DNA of 63,804 nt, counting the filler, from Octopus bimaculoides (taxonomy: Eukaryota): the NCBI RefSeq assembly GCF_001194135.2. It is 6 parts of 5 records of this genome, joined end to end, with 100 filler letters (N's around TTAATTAATTAA, not from the genome) between each part and the next. Parts side by side here need not be neighbours in the genome. Positions count along the whole stretch, not along the records: positions 1 to 31,637 come from NC_068982.1; 5 more parts are not named here. The stretch is one strand, 5' to 3'. The translations under genes and the position numbers were made by a program. Below the pieces are notes generated by a model. It worked only from the letters and a program-made list of their open reading frames with translations, searched no databases and was not told the origin of the DNA. This document shows, piece after piece, positions 1 to 12,590 of this stretch (positions are counted from its first letter, which is position 1; the number at the start of each line of letters is the position of its first letter).

Positions 1-521
1 ATATATATATACAAGTATATTTTTGATCATTCGTGTGCATTTCATTTATACTTACACACGAATCACATATTAATCAATAGCGCTTGATCATGAATCGATA
101 CGTAAATAGATGTACAGGAAAACTTGTTTTTCAATGTTACACTAACAGAAAATGATGTGTGAAATAATTGAAGGCAAATTGGAATAACTTTTTAAAAGAG
201 ACTGAATCTTTGCCAGCGGTGTTTTTACTGCCTTATTAACTGCAATATGATCATTATTAAAATGAAAAAATTACATACATATACACGCGTTGTATTTGTG
301 CGTGTGTGAAAGTTTTTCTCTGTGTATATATATAAACTCGTGTGTGTGTGCAAGTGTGTGTATAAACCTACTTTTCATCTGGCACGTTCTGAGATATATT
401 TGTTTGAAGTTAATATTGGTGTTTGGGAAGAAGCCACATTGGTATTGCCTGGCAATGGTGAAACCACGTCCAAAAAATATGAAAGACAAAAAGTATAACG
501 GTGAGGATGCTGACGTGGAGA

Positions 522-806
522 TGGAGGAGGAAGAGGAGGAGAGGAAGAAGAAGAAGGAGGAGGAGGACGAGAAGTAGAAGAAGAAGAAGAAGAAGAAGAA
601 GAAGAAGAAGAAGAAGAAGAAGAAGAAGAAGAAGAAGAAGAAGAAGAACAGGAGGAGGAGGTGGAGGAAAGCAGCAGCGGAAGCAACAGGAGGGAGAAGA
701 AGACTATTATGTTAGCAACGGTAATGATGGTGGAATTGATGAAGCGAGCCACAATAATAATAATAATAACTATTGATAACAAATATGCTGCTGCTGCTGC
801 TGCTGT

Positions 807-837
<31 letters not shown>

Positions 838-860
838 AGTCATGTGCATGATGGTGTTGG
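522..860. repeat. Compound trinucleotide microsatellite (GAG/GAA/AAT/GCT/GAT)
   Basis: Read directly; explains the poly-S, poly-R, poly-E and poly-D ORFs at 290-909. Confidence 0.95.
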
Positions 861-1200
861 TGAAGGTGAAGGAAAATTAGCCACATATTTTGCATCTGGC
901 ATACGATAATATGTCATTTTTATAATTTTCTGCGATATAGTAAACAAGGGGAAATTTCAAGTAATGTAAATCACTTCTGGATTTTAGGATTGTTTCTATT
1001 TTGTTTATATAAAGATCAGAGATGAAAATTTCAAATTTCGAATTAAGATATTGCACAAATTGCTTTATTTTTAAAAAGTACAAACGATTAATAAGGTCAT
1101 TTGTGACTAGTCCGACGAGTGCAATAGAAGAAAAATCAGGATGATGATGAAATTAATAATAATAATAATAATAATAACAACAACAACAACAACAACAACA

Positions 1201-1606
1201 AGAGAATAAGAAGCCAGACATAGTCTTAATTGAGAAAGAAAACAAGCTATGCTGGATCATAGATATATCATGGCCAGCTGACAACAAGGTATACGATAAT
1301 GAAGGAAGAAAAGTCGAGAGATACGACAGGTTAGCTTGGGAAGTTAAGCAGTTGTGGTCGAGGAAAAAGGTAGCAGTAGTACCAATAATTGTCGGAGCCC
1401 TGGGAACAGTGAGCAAAAATCTCGAGAAGTACATGGAACAAATAGAGGATGCAATAAGAGTGAAGCACTTGCAGAAAACAGCACTGCTTGGAACCGCTCG
1501 AATACTCGGAAATGTGCTCGAAAAAGAAGAGGTGCTACCTCAATTCACTGGTAGTGAACAGCTGACACTGTAGTACATCTCCAGCGTTAGAAGCTGTGCA
1601 AAAACA
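1201..1606 (+). mobile_element. R4/Dong-like non-LTR retrotransposon 3' fragment (RLE endonuclease + 3'UTR)
   Basis: Translates KPDIVLIEKENKLCWIIDISW...KVERY...VVPIIVGALG...LQKTALLGTARIL. Preceded by (AAT)n(AAC)n, followed by (GAA)n. Confidence 0.88.
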
Positions 1607-1705
1607 AGAAGAAGAAGAAGAAGAAGAAGAAGAAGAAGAAGAAGAAGAAGAAGAAGAAGAAGAAGAAGAAGAAGAAGAAGAAGAAGAAGAAGAAGAAGAA
1701 GAAGA

Positions 1706-2155
1706 AGAAGGATACAACACACACAAATGAAAAAAATAAAGAATGAGTACTATAGACGAGTTAGATCAATACTAAAAACAGAGATCAATGCTAAAACCAA
1801 GATAATATGTATTAACACTTTAGCCGTCCCAGTTATAAGCTACAGCTACAATGTCCTTAACTGGACACTAAACGAACTATTTAAAATAGACAGGAAAACA
1901 AGCAAAATAATGATAGCATCTAGGATGCACCACCCAAAATCTGACATAGAAAGGCTATATATACAACGTACAGAAGGTGGTAGGGGTCTTATACAGCTGG
2001 AAAACTATTATAAAATAACCACCATAGGACTGCAAATATACCTACTTCAGAAGCAAGGAAAACTAATACAAATAGCCACAAAACTCGAGCAAAATAAAAA
2101 ACTGTTTTCAGTATTTAAGGAAGCTGACAAATACAAACCAGAAATAATACGCCCA
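1706..2155 (+). mobile_element. R4/Dong-like retrotransposon fragment (post-RT/thumb region)
   Basis: ORF 1727-2209: EYYRRVRSILKTEINAKTKIICINTLAVPVISYS...HHPKSDIERLYIQRTEGGRGL. Begins at the end of the (GAA)n tract. Confidence 0.88.
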
Positions 2156-5100
2156 ATCCAATTCACAATTACCTTTGTCATAGCTAGCAGACAGGCGTAC
2201 ATCACCTGACATGCCTCGTTAAACGATGAACTCAGTCGATAGCGAGATTCTGTCTACGCGCGACAACAGTTGTTGTACATAACTTCGCACAGCAATTTTC
2301 AGACACTACATGATTTTGCAGAGTAGAGCTTCTTAGAATTTTCGCCTGACGGCATCTCTGTCACCGCAGTGTTTGTCTCGAATCGGTGGTGTCCCTCCGT
2401 GGTTCTGCTAGCATAGAGATTATCTGGAAGTCTCCAATAGACTTTCGAGTTCGAAAGTCCTCCAAATCAGGACAGCTATTTCGTTCTTGTCGATGTCTGA
2501 AATATCTCCAAGAGCGTCATCTCCGTATACGACTAATGTTGTCAAAAGTCGCTGTGAATTCAAGACTATTTACTGAAACAATGAAGTACTACACTCTGTC
2601 AACGATAAGAAAACTTTATCAGTAAGATTCTGTAATTTGCAAACAAATAAAATATTTATGTCCAAATTAAAGTAAATAATAAACAAATAATTATTTCCTG
2701 AACAGTGTTAGAGAATCCATATGTTTATAAACTAACACGGGATCATTTGATGAATTATAAATGACCAGTTGTGAGATCATTTTCGTGATGTTCTAGGATA
2801 GCATAAACGAAGGAAAACGCCGATTCTATTATTGGAATAATTTACAGATTACCTGAGAATTTACACGGACCAATGCAAGCCTTGATGGCTATATGACTAG
2901 TGCAGCAAAGAGTATTCAATGACTCTTAGGGAAAGGATAAATGTTATTCGGCAGGTCTCGATGTTATTCAAATATTGATGGAAGACGTGATGTACTCATA
3001 AACCGGTACCTTTTCATGCATCACTTGATTGCTATTCCACACGCAAAGTGAATGACATAGTAATGCGTTGAACAATCCTGCTTCTGAAGTAGAAAGGGTT
3101 AACTAAAGAAAAATCAGAACTGCCCAAATAATTCGTTAAGCATTTCATGCAAAATATTCGGGAAAATGCATGATACGAAGAAATGAGTTACTCGTGCTGA
3201 AATGAGGTTTGTTGGTATGAGGCTCGTATACATATCAAAGAAATGTTTGGCAGCTTTTATACAATATTCAAAATTATGAATACCACAGGCAATTTGTGTT
3301 TCAAATAACTTTCAGGTGTATCAACGATAGACTATTGAAATATTTTGTAAGGAGAAAAGCTCTAACAGTTCTTTTTGAAATACGTCAATGGAGGGAGTGT
3401 ATAATAGTAAAATGATTGCAGTTGTATGTGCGAATTCTTTCGTACGAAAAGGGAACCGTTTCCTTTAACATGAAATTTCATTTTACTTTTCTAGACTAGT
3501 AAGAGACTATCTGAGCCTATCGAGTTGCTTATCAAGAAATACCCCAATGGAAAAATGTACACATCACCAATTCTGTTCGGCGGATGGCCTTTACGTGATT
3601 AGCTGGGATTAGTGAGATTTTTGAAGCCCTATCCCAGCTAATTGGATTGGGCGTTAACCAGAACTCCTTTAACTGATTCTCTATTCAATCAGGAACTTAA
3701 CCAGCATAGGTACGGCGTAATCCAGGAATCCACTTTATATTGTGGCATCATTTTGAATCTAGTGTAGTGGTTCATCGCGCTCCAGTTCACTGTTTGGTCC
3801 AATTTAAAGTCGAAAGGCTTTCGGAAATATTCAGTCCTGAATATATAAGTGCCCCCTCGCTAATAATCTACTAAACACGATGGTTAAATCTAAAGTAATA
3901 CAATGTATCACATAAATGTTTCATTAACTGACATAAGTCATTCAGATTCCCCATGCTGATTGAGGAAAGACTCTTCTATGATCAGCATAATTTCTATTAC
4001 AAGTGTGGCATTTCCTTCATCAGCTTCATCCTGCTCAAAAATATTCTTTGAAATATATATAGGTATGCAAAATTCTGGGAAACCACTTCCCTCCAACCAT
4101 TTTAACTTTTGCTGCTTTATCGAAACTTTGTACACGAATATTATCCTTCCTTGACCGGTAAGGTGGAATTTAGACGACGTAACATTTGGGCTGAACGGAA
4201 AATGGGAGACAAAATATCCAGTTAATTTGCAAATAGCCTGATTTGTTGTCTCACCTGTAAATGGTTGCACATGGTCGCGATTTCATAGTTTGATCATTTG
4301 TGTCCCTGATCGTAGCTTATCGCCTCTTAGCGTGCAGATTCTCTTCAATGCAGTCTTCGCCTTCCTTAATATTTTCTATTACTATCTGAAGATTATTCTT
4401 GTCATTAGCGACATTTACGTAAACAATCTGTGGTTGTCAGAGAGTTCGCAATACCCCATCCATCAAGAACTCAAAGATGGCATCTTGCTTCCGTTTGGAA
4501 CCCGTCTTTTTTTTTTTCGATAATAAGGAATATGAAGAAGAGTAACTATAGAGGAACAATTACTCTAATAAGATGTGCACTTTGAATAGCCAATGTCCTT
4601 TAATAAAATGCCAACTTTCGCATTAATTTTACGTCAACACTTGTACTATTTCTTGTTATTACAAAAAAATTCGTAACATTCTCTGGTAATTTCCATTAGA
4701 ACAGCAGTTTAAAAATTTGTCTGGGAATAAGCATAACCCTTTCTGTAATTTCCACTAAGTGTTCTCATTTGTGCGTTGCTGTCCATTTCATATTTTTGAT
4801 AAGAGGTTAAAGTTCATGATAATCTCTTCTTAGTCGTTTTAAAAGCATCTGCATGTGTTACCAGTTAATTTTTATACAATTTTATAGAAATAGCAACGTG
4901 ACATTCTTAACGGAAAACGTAATATTTTATTTTCCTGGACAACACGCTGATCTATTTATATGTGCGTATTCGTAAATATCGGCAAATTGCTTTTAACTAG
5001 TTTAACCGCTTTTACCCCCTAGCTTTTTACTGGTCATTTTTATCACAGTTGTAAATTTTGCAGATACTGTTGCCAATATCAGCACAGTTACGAATTTCTT

Positions 5101-6115
5101 CCTAAGTGTTCTTGTTTTTGATTTGTTTTGGGTTGTTTTTAATGGTGTGGCGCGGTTTCTTCTTTTAAAGCATATGCGGCTCAGATAGGACCAATCCATA
5201 GTAAGAGTTCTCCAACTATGACACCCTCGCCTATTTTCCAAGAATATATTGTAGATTATGCCACACACTATCTCACTTTTTTAAACTGTACTGTATAGAT
5301 TTAAATGGTAAGTGACACATTCATATAATATCCCTTGAAAACTGCCATGTTTTGTCGATAAGTCTACTTGTCTGTTTCTTGAAATCTTTATTAGTTTTGT
5401 TTATCGCTTCATCAATATAGCTTTTCCATAGAAATCGACGTTACTACCATTTTTAACCCCAGGAGGAGCCTGCCCCTGCTGGTTTTCGATTCAATCTGCA
5501 CCCTTTAGTTATTTGTTTTGCTAAAAGAATTATTCGTATGTGGAAATGTCCATATTTCTCATGCAATTTCTACTATTCAGAGTTGGTGTGAAGGTTTATA
5601 TGATGAAACTTATTGAATGACATTTTCAATAACACAACCTTTTTTTTTTTTTTTTTGGCTAATTAGTTTTTATGACGATCCATAGATTAAATATACTAAC
5701 ACTAAATTTAGTAGTGTCCTTCATGCTGTAAACAACGAAGAGAAATTTATATTGAAAGCATGCCTAACCTATATAGTGTACATCTATATAGCGGTTGTCT
5801 TAATATTTCTATAAGCACAGTGAAATTTATATCTTGCTATGGTACTCTTCCCGAACCTGCTGTTTTACGTATTTATATTAGTCACAAATATAATATTAAA
5901 AGTTGTTACTACATTTTGTTGTCATCATATCTAAAAAATACTACTTAAAATTTTCATGTTGAATATGAAATTTTTAGCAATATACACTTTCCGAAGTTAT
6001 TTTCATCCACGTGAGAAGGGTGTTGTTTGTCCTTGGTATGGAAATGTCTTTATTAATGACGTTCTATCATACCTAGTTTATAAATGTTTGCTGTGAAAAC
6101 CAATAATAATAATAA

Positions 6116-6911
6116 TTCAGCAATTGTTGAGAAGCTCAGGACTCAAAGCAGAGACTGAAGGATTTTTAATTGCTGCACAAGACCAAAGCCTCCCCACCAG
6201 AAATTACCAAAAATATATAATGAAAAGAAACATAACAATAACTGTAGAATATGAAGATATGGACAAGAAGCAATAAATCATATTATCTCTGGCTGCCCAG
6301 TCCTGGCTAAGAAGGAATATATTCACAGACACGACAGAGCTGGAACTTATATACACTGGAAGCTATGCCAACACTATGGAATAACAACAGAAAAAAGATG
6401 GTATAAACACACGCCAGAAAATGTCACAGAAAACGAGAAAGCAACCATACTCTGGGATATGCCAATACACACAGATAGAGAAATTAAGGCCAATAGACCA
6501 GATATAGTTGTCAAAGATCATGAAGTAAAAAAATGCTTTCTAATTGATGTATCAATACCAGCAGATGACAACGTTTCCCCAAAAGAAATGAAAAAACTTT
6601 CAAAATACAAAGACCTGGAAATAGAGGTAACTCGAATGTGGAATCTAAAAACAGAAACAATTCCTATCATAGTAGGTGCCTTAGGTATAATAAAAAAATA
6701 TTCAGACAAATACATAACAAAAACACCAGGACTTACAAATATATATAACATACAGAAAATTGCACTACTGGGCACTGCACACATCCTACGAAAAACACTT
6801 TCAATACAGTAACCATCAGAGCATCACAGCAAACCACAGCACATTCCCAAGGCACACTGAGCTGTGCTCGGTAGTGAAGTGAAAGCACGTTATAAAAATA
6901 AAACTACTGAA
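6116..6911 (+). mobile_element. 5'-truncated R4/Dong-like retrotransposon (CCHC + RLE + 3'UTR) between (AAT)n tracts
   Basis: GLKAETEGFLIAAQDQ...HIISGCP...RHD...ILWDMPIHTDREIKANRPDIVV...LIDVSIP...IVGALG...ILRKTL; stop at 6812; (AAT)n on both sides. Confidence 0.92.
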
Positions 6912-7699
6912 CAATAATAATAATAAAACGGACATGCTATACAAACCCTCTTGAATATAGAAGATAATAAGTCTGCCAATAAAACTGAGCGATTAATTAC
7001 TAGATTAAATTAACACCTATTTAATAACGTATTTGATAACATATTTCAGGAATCGACGTGAATTTCTGTAGTTACTTTCTCGACAGTTAATCAAATATGT
7101 ATATAAGTCCATCAATTCTTGCATCATTTAAATATATCGGGAATAAAACATCGTAAACTTTATGTATTTTTATAACGTCTTTTTTGTTTGTTTGCTCTTT
7201 TTTTTTGTATTTGTTTTGCGTTTTGAGATTTGCTGACAGAACCAAATCAAAGGAAAACGACTTCAGAGATATGGCATATATGATCGAAATTACCTAAGCA
7301 TCTTACGTAATAACTACACACACGATCAAGTCTTACGTATGGAATATCATTAGTTCGAAATGTTTACATGGCTGTACTCCCTCTAGAGGTGCTTCAAATG
7401 TTAGGGCCATAAATAAACTAACTTCAGTAGTATAAATTAATTGATATTTTAGATTAACTTCGAAACCTAACTCTTAAAGTCAAGGAATGTGTATTCATTG
7501 AGGTTTGTAAGATTAAGAGAGAAAGTGCCCAGTCCAGTCTAATGTTTAGTGTGTGGGGTTCGTAATCTTAAGAATGTAGATTCAATTTTCCGAACGCCCA
7601 CCATTCTTTTGTCTTGAGTGTAGCAATTGTTTTCAACCTTGCTCCGTTCATTTCAAATAAAACACGTGTTATCACTCGGTGTATCTCTCATATTTTTGT

Positions 7700-8066
7700 C
7701 TCTGTCTCTCTCTCTATTTTTTCTCTCCTACTCTCTCTCTCCCCCTCTCTCGCTCTCTCTTTCTCTCTCCTGCGTGTCTCTCTATCACTTCCAAGCTCTC
7801 ATCTCCCGAATGTTTCGTTGCATGAAGGAGAGTAGGTAAGGAAGTTACATCTGTTTGCAACACTATAAACATCTAAAGCACTTTGCGAAAACATGGTACT
7901 TACTAATAGCTTATACTAATACTCGGTGATACACATTTATGGGACATGTGTGTGTGTGTGTGTGTGTGTGCGTGTGTGTGTGTGTGTGCGTGNNNNNNNN
8001 NNNNNNNNNNNNNNNNNNNNNNNNNNNNNNNNNNNNNNNNNNNNNNNNNNNNNNNNNNNNNNNNNN

Positions 8067-8115
<49 letters not shown>
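7700..8115. repeat. (CT)n-rich and (GT)n microsatellites with gap
   Basis: Read directly. Confidence 0.9.
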
Positions 8116-8116
<1 letters not shown>

Positions 8117-10167
8117 ACTTGAAATAGAGATTCAAAGAAAAGAACTAATTGATCAGCAGATAGACTGAATGTAGTGTGGCTCGTTATAATACGACTGGTT
8201 GCGTTCTGCATATTAAATCAAACTATGGTTGATCCCTATATACACAGTATAGTGAGTGGGACAATTTAATATAATGAGATTAACTGTGCAAGACAGAAAA
8301 ACGTAAGGACTTTTGAGTTAGCATCCGAGTTAGCTTTCTGTAATTTCACTCAGGATCTCTAAGTCCAAGATTAAGACTCTCCTAGACTACCCAAGAAAGA
8401 TATTCTATGGTGTCTGTGTTTCTCTTATTTGAAAGCAGTGAATGTAAACAAAAATTCAATTTTCTCACATATCCATATCTAACACCTGCCACTAATCTCC
8501 AATAATGCTACATCGTTGTCAATTTCAGCGTCATTAAATATTACCGATGTACGCAAAAACTATCAAACATTTTAGTTCTCTATTCCAATCCGAAATCAAA
8601 ATACACAACTGAATTACAACGTTAGTCAACAAAGTTAGTCGTCTTTCTTTACTTCTATAATTATGTCCCTTTACTTTGATAGTGCAATTCTTTCGCACTT
8701 CTCACGTTTCTACTGCTGCAATGAGAAGAATAAGCTGTCTTATAAAAATATTAATATAGCGAGAGATTTCTATCTGATATGTAATCATATACTTATATAC
8801 CTATACGAAATACAATAAGACTGACGCTTCTAGACTGTGATATAGAAAGAAATAAAGGTATATGCATTGGTAAATGTACTTCTCACATATATTGATATGA
8901 ATATATATACTATATCATATAGTCAGAGTATCAGGCGTTACAAAGTTCTCAGAGTTACAAGCAGAATAATGTAGCATAAGTGATGCCGTAGCAAAAATTA
9001 AATATATAAAAAAATAAATATTAAAAAAATGAATATAAATATGAGAGCAACGTTAAAAAAATGTTGCAAGGTTTGTATAGATACAAATGTATAAGCTTTG
9101 TGATAAATTGCTGATTGCATATATTCATAATCTTATCAGGCTTATGCTCACTGTTTCTCACTCTGGTGTGAATATAATAATTTACTGCTGAATACTTCGA
9201 AAGTGTTGGACACCCTCAATCAAATTTATAAAAAAGAAATATTCTCTGCAGTGGATTGAAGTAGTTATTCGAACGCAGTAGTGTAATGAAAAAAGTAATT
9301 AAAGATTAACAGCCTTTGTTAAAACAAGCACGTTTCTTATATTTGGAGTGTTAAATTGCGTAAATAAACATTTAACACGCTAACAGCAATCTGCATGCTG
9401 CCAGCATGCGATCTTAAATTGAACGGCAACACTTTGAAAGTGCCAAGACTTTTTGTTCGTTTCGATTCAGCATTTCTAGCAAGACTATTCACACTGTTCA
9501 CTCGTTAGCTACAGTGTCGAGATCTGTTTTATCAATTCTTTTACAACTTGTGTTTCATTACTAATTTTTTCTGATACACTATATGCTTAAATTACGTAAT
9601 ATCCCCTTAAAACAGCAAGAACACATACGTCCTACAAATCGTGGCAACTTCAAAGATGAATAGCGAAATTCTAAAAAGGCTTCCGTACGATAAAAAATAA
9701 ACATCATATTTTACCTGTCATATTTTTGTTCTGAAAACTATTTAAGCATTTTCAGTACAAACTAATTCTCGTTTGAGAGATACATTTGACCAAATTAGGT
9801 GTGTAATGTGCACGTCTAATGGGGATGGAAGAATTAATAATGGTGCCGATTAAGCAAATATTTTCTTTTATTGTCTGTAATTAAAAACTATATCGTAAGG
9901 TGTTGAATGTACTTAATTCATGTTTCTTTTTAATCAACTATATATATTGTGATAGAAAACAACTTTCATTCAAGCTTTACTTTTTTGTAATTGATGAATA
10001 TTTGATAATAGATAGAATCATTATATTTCAAATGAAAAGTAAAGCACATATGTGACCACTTTAATACTGTATAAGATAAAAATTATACTTGATATATAAT
10101 ATCTGATTTATACATTATTTACATTATTTACATTTGACGGATGTTTGTCCTCATCTTTTTTGTTGTT

Positions 10168-10213
10168 AACACAACGTTTCGGCTGATATACCCTCCAGCC
10201 TTCGTCAGGTGTC
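10168..10213 (-). ncRNA. Minimal type-I hammerhead ribozyme motif (identical copy, left arm)
   Basis: Exact reverse complement of 10531-10576. Confidence 0.7.
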
Positions 10214-10291
10214 TTGGGGAAATTTCGAACTTGGGTTCTCATTCCTAACGATGTTACTATTATTATATTATTATTATTACTATTATTAATC

Positions 10292-10365
10292 AGGTCGCTG
10301 CCGTGAATCGAACTCGGAACCTTGGGGTTAGTAGCCCGCGCTCTTAACCACTATGCCATATGCCC
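10292..10365 (-). promoter_or_regulatory. tRNA-derived Pol III internal promoter (SINE-type head), left arm
   Basis: Reverse complement of the right-arm head: TGGCATAGTGG...GTTCGATTC. Confidence 0.72.
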
Positions 10366-10367
10366 GT

Positions 10368-10442
10368 GGGCAATATGGCGTAGTGGTTAAGAGCGCGGGC
10401 TACTAACCCCAAGGTTCCGAGTTCGATTCACGGCATCCACCT
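10368..10442 (+). promoter_or_regulatory. tRNA-derived Pol III internal promoter (SINE-type head), right arm
   Basis: A box TGGCGTAGTGG, B box GTTCGATTC, T-arm CCGAG-TTCGATT-CACGG. The acceptor stem does not pair, so this is not a tRNA gene. Confidence 0.75.
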
Positions 10443-10443
10443 G

Positions 10444-10477
<34 letters not shown>

Positions 10478-10530
10478 TAATAATAGTAACATCGTTAGGA
10501 ATGAGAACCCAGGTTCGAAATTTCCCCCAA

Positions 10531-10576
10531 GACACCTGACGAAGGCTGGAGGGTATATCAGCCGAAACGTTGTGTT
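10531..10576 (+). ncRNA. Minimal type-I hammerhead ribozyme motif (short palindromic stem III)
   Basis: GACAC-CUGACGA-A-GGCUG(10-nt loop)CAGCC-GAAA-CG-UU^GUGUU. Stem I GACAC/GUGUU; palindrome AACGUU; one extra A before stem II. Confidence 0.7.
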
Positions 10577-11204
10577 AACAACAAAAAAGATGAGGACAAA
10601 TATCCGTCAAATGTAAATAATGTAAATAATGTAAATAATTCCTCATCTCTTAAATATAGAACTGTATCTGATTTATATATCTTAAGGATTTATATAACAT
10701 GAGATTTCAATGTTAGATTTGGGAAACTAAATTCAGACCTGCGATTTACATTAAATTTCAAACGATGTATTGAATAACAACAGAAATAGTTGGAAAATAC
10801 AACTTTCCAGTTTACATTTTCATTGTAATTCTTATGTAGCTTATGATGTTATCGTTGCTGAATCCAGTATTTAGTACTACCTTTTATTATGGAAATAGTT
10901 ATCTTGAACATGAAGAGACTTTGTATTTCTGAAGACATTGTTTAATATATACATCTTTTTAAAATTTATAGAATTATATTCGTGGGGTATTTGGCTGTTA
11001 TTTGGCAGATCAACTGAACTTTGAGAATTCAGTTATTGCATTTCTACAACGTTTTGTATATCATAGAAGCCAACAAATATTCGACGTGTGGATTTGTAGA
11101 AACAGAAGACAACACTGCGCAGGCGTGTTTGTATGGTAAGAAGTTGAGTGGCAACTTGAGCAGGTGACTTCTGCTATAGACGCCCCATCCCCAGGCGGAA
11201 GATT

Positions 11205-11911
11205 ATTCGTGACGGCGAAATCGATGTTAGAATAGCTAAGGTTACGAGGGCTTTTGGAAGCCTTGCCCATCGTTTTGTGGTATGAGAACGATATCGGGCT
11301 GAAAACGAAAATAGGTTTATAAAAGTCTTGTATTTTGAGTAGATTTTGTACCAGGCAGAAGCATGGGCTCCTACTACAGATATATAAAGAAACTTGAAAC
11401 CTTCCACTTGTGCTGTTTGCGGAACATATGCAACAGAAAATGGCAAGATGGCATATCCAATGCGAAAATCTTAAAAGAATGTAATATCTTCAATATCCAA
11501 AGCGTGCTGATGAGAATTCGGTGCAGATGGGTGGGACATGTTGTTCGAATGAAAAATGACCACATTCCGAAAATTCTTCTGTACGGCCAGGAATTGGAGG
11601 GATATTGCGGCAAAGGAAAACCTTTCCTTAGATACTATAAAAGTTGCAGCAATCACTAAGATCTCAGAAGCTTAACCTGACAACGTGGGATGTCATTGCC
11701 TAGATCGATCGGTATGGCGTACAATGTGTTAGGATGCATCCAAAATATTGAGTTGAAAAAAAAAAGAACAACATAAGAACAAAATCCCGCAATCAACAGA
11801 CACACTTGGCCTAATCACAGGCAAAATCGAAATCATCAACGTCCCCATTGTGACTTCACAACAAAATCTATAGCTGGAATGAAATTACATTCACGCATCC
11901 ATCGCCGATAG
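11205..11911 (+). mobile_element. RTE-clade LINE 3' fragment (degenerate)
   Basis: EIDVRIAKVTRAFGSL...AEAW...LETFHLCCLRNI...WQD.ISN...RWVGHVVRM..DHIPKILLYG; ends in a zinc-finger-like PHCDF...GMKLHSRIH*. Confidence 0.85.
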
Positions 11912-12110
11912 ATGCAGATTCTTAGTTTCTTTCTTTTTTGTTTCTATTACGCTCTTTAATTTGAAGCCCTCTCCTGCAAACGCACATACGTCGAAACCGA
12001 CTGTAGCATTTTTATATGTATAAATTTATATGTGTGAGTGTGTGTATCTGAGTGTGTGCATTATGTATGTATACACACACGCACACACACGCGCGCACGT
12101 ACGCACACAC

Positions 12111-12198
<88 letters not shown>

Positions 12199-12590
12199 NN
12201 NNNNNNNNCGTGTGTTGAAACAGATGTTGTTGTACTTGGGGATGGTCATATTGCCAGTTTAGCCAATAAAAACACGCACTGTATACTTGGTGTTAATTTG
12301 CTTCAGCTTTATATTACATTATATTACATTAATCCTATTTCGGCCAGAGTTCTTTCGTCACACTTCTGTGACCTCATCAGTGGTCCTTTGCTTTCTTCTT
12401 TCTTATGTGTGTCTCACCTTGCTAACTATCAGCCATTTTGTATTGTGTATTCCTATTGTATGTGTCTACGCATGCATATATATATATATACATGTATATA
12501 TATTTGTGAGTGTGTGATAACCGGTAGTGCTTTCTTTACGTCCCTGTAACATAGCGGTTCCATTATCGTGAAATGTAGACGAAGAAGTAT

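Larger units (their letters stand above)
10113..10664. mobile_element. Palindromic non-autonomous retroelement: two back-to-back tRNA-head + Penelope-type-tail units
   Basis: Near-identical inverted arms 10113-10365 and 10368-10631 around TGCCC-GT-GGGCA. Direct repeat TATCTGATTTATA at 10100-10112 and 10665-10677 (TSD). Confidence 0.8.

Noticed and set aside
271-909. Poly-S/R/E/D proteins
   Set aside because: Translations of trinucleotide microsatellites.
2420-2560. RdRp/RT motif C (LVVYGDDALG) on the minus strand
   Set aside because: Stops on both sides and no motif A or B upstream. A chance match is likely.
7240-7350. Plus-strand exon NQIKGKRLQRYGIYDRNY after a pyrimidine tract
   Set aside because: No clear donor, the peptide is not recognised, and no partner exons were found.
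10368-10442. Functional tRNA gene (Ser-ACT-like loop)
   Set aside because: Acceptor and anticodon stems do not pair, and it lies in a TSD-flanked repeat. Treated as a SINE-type head.
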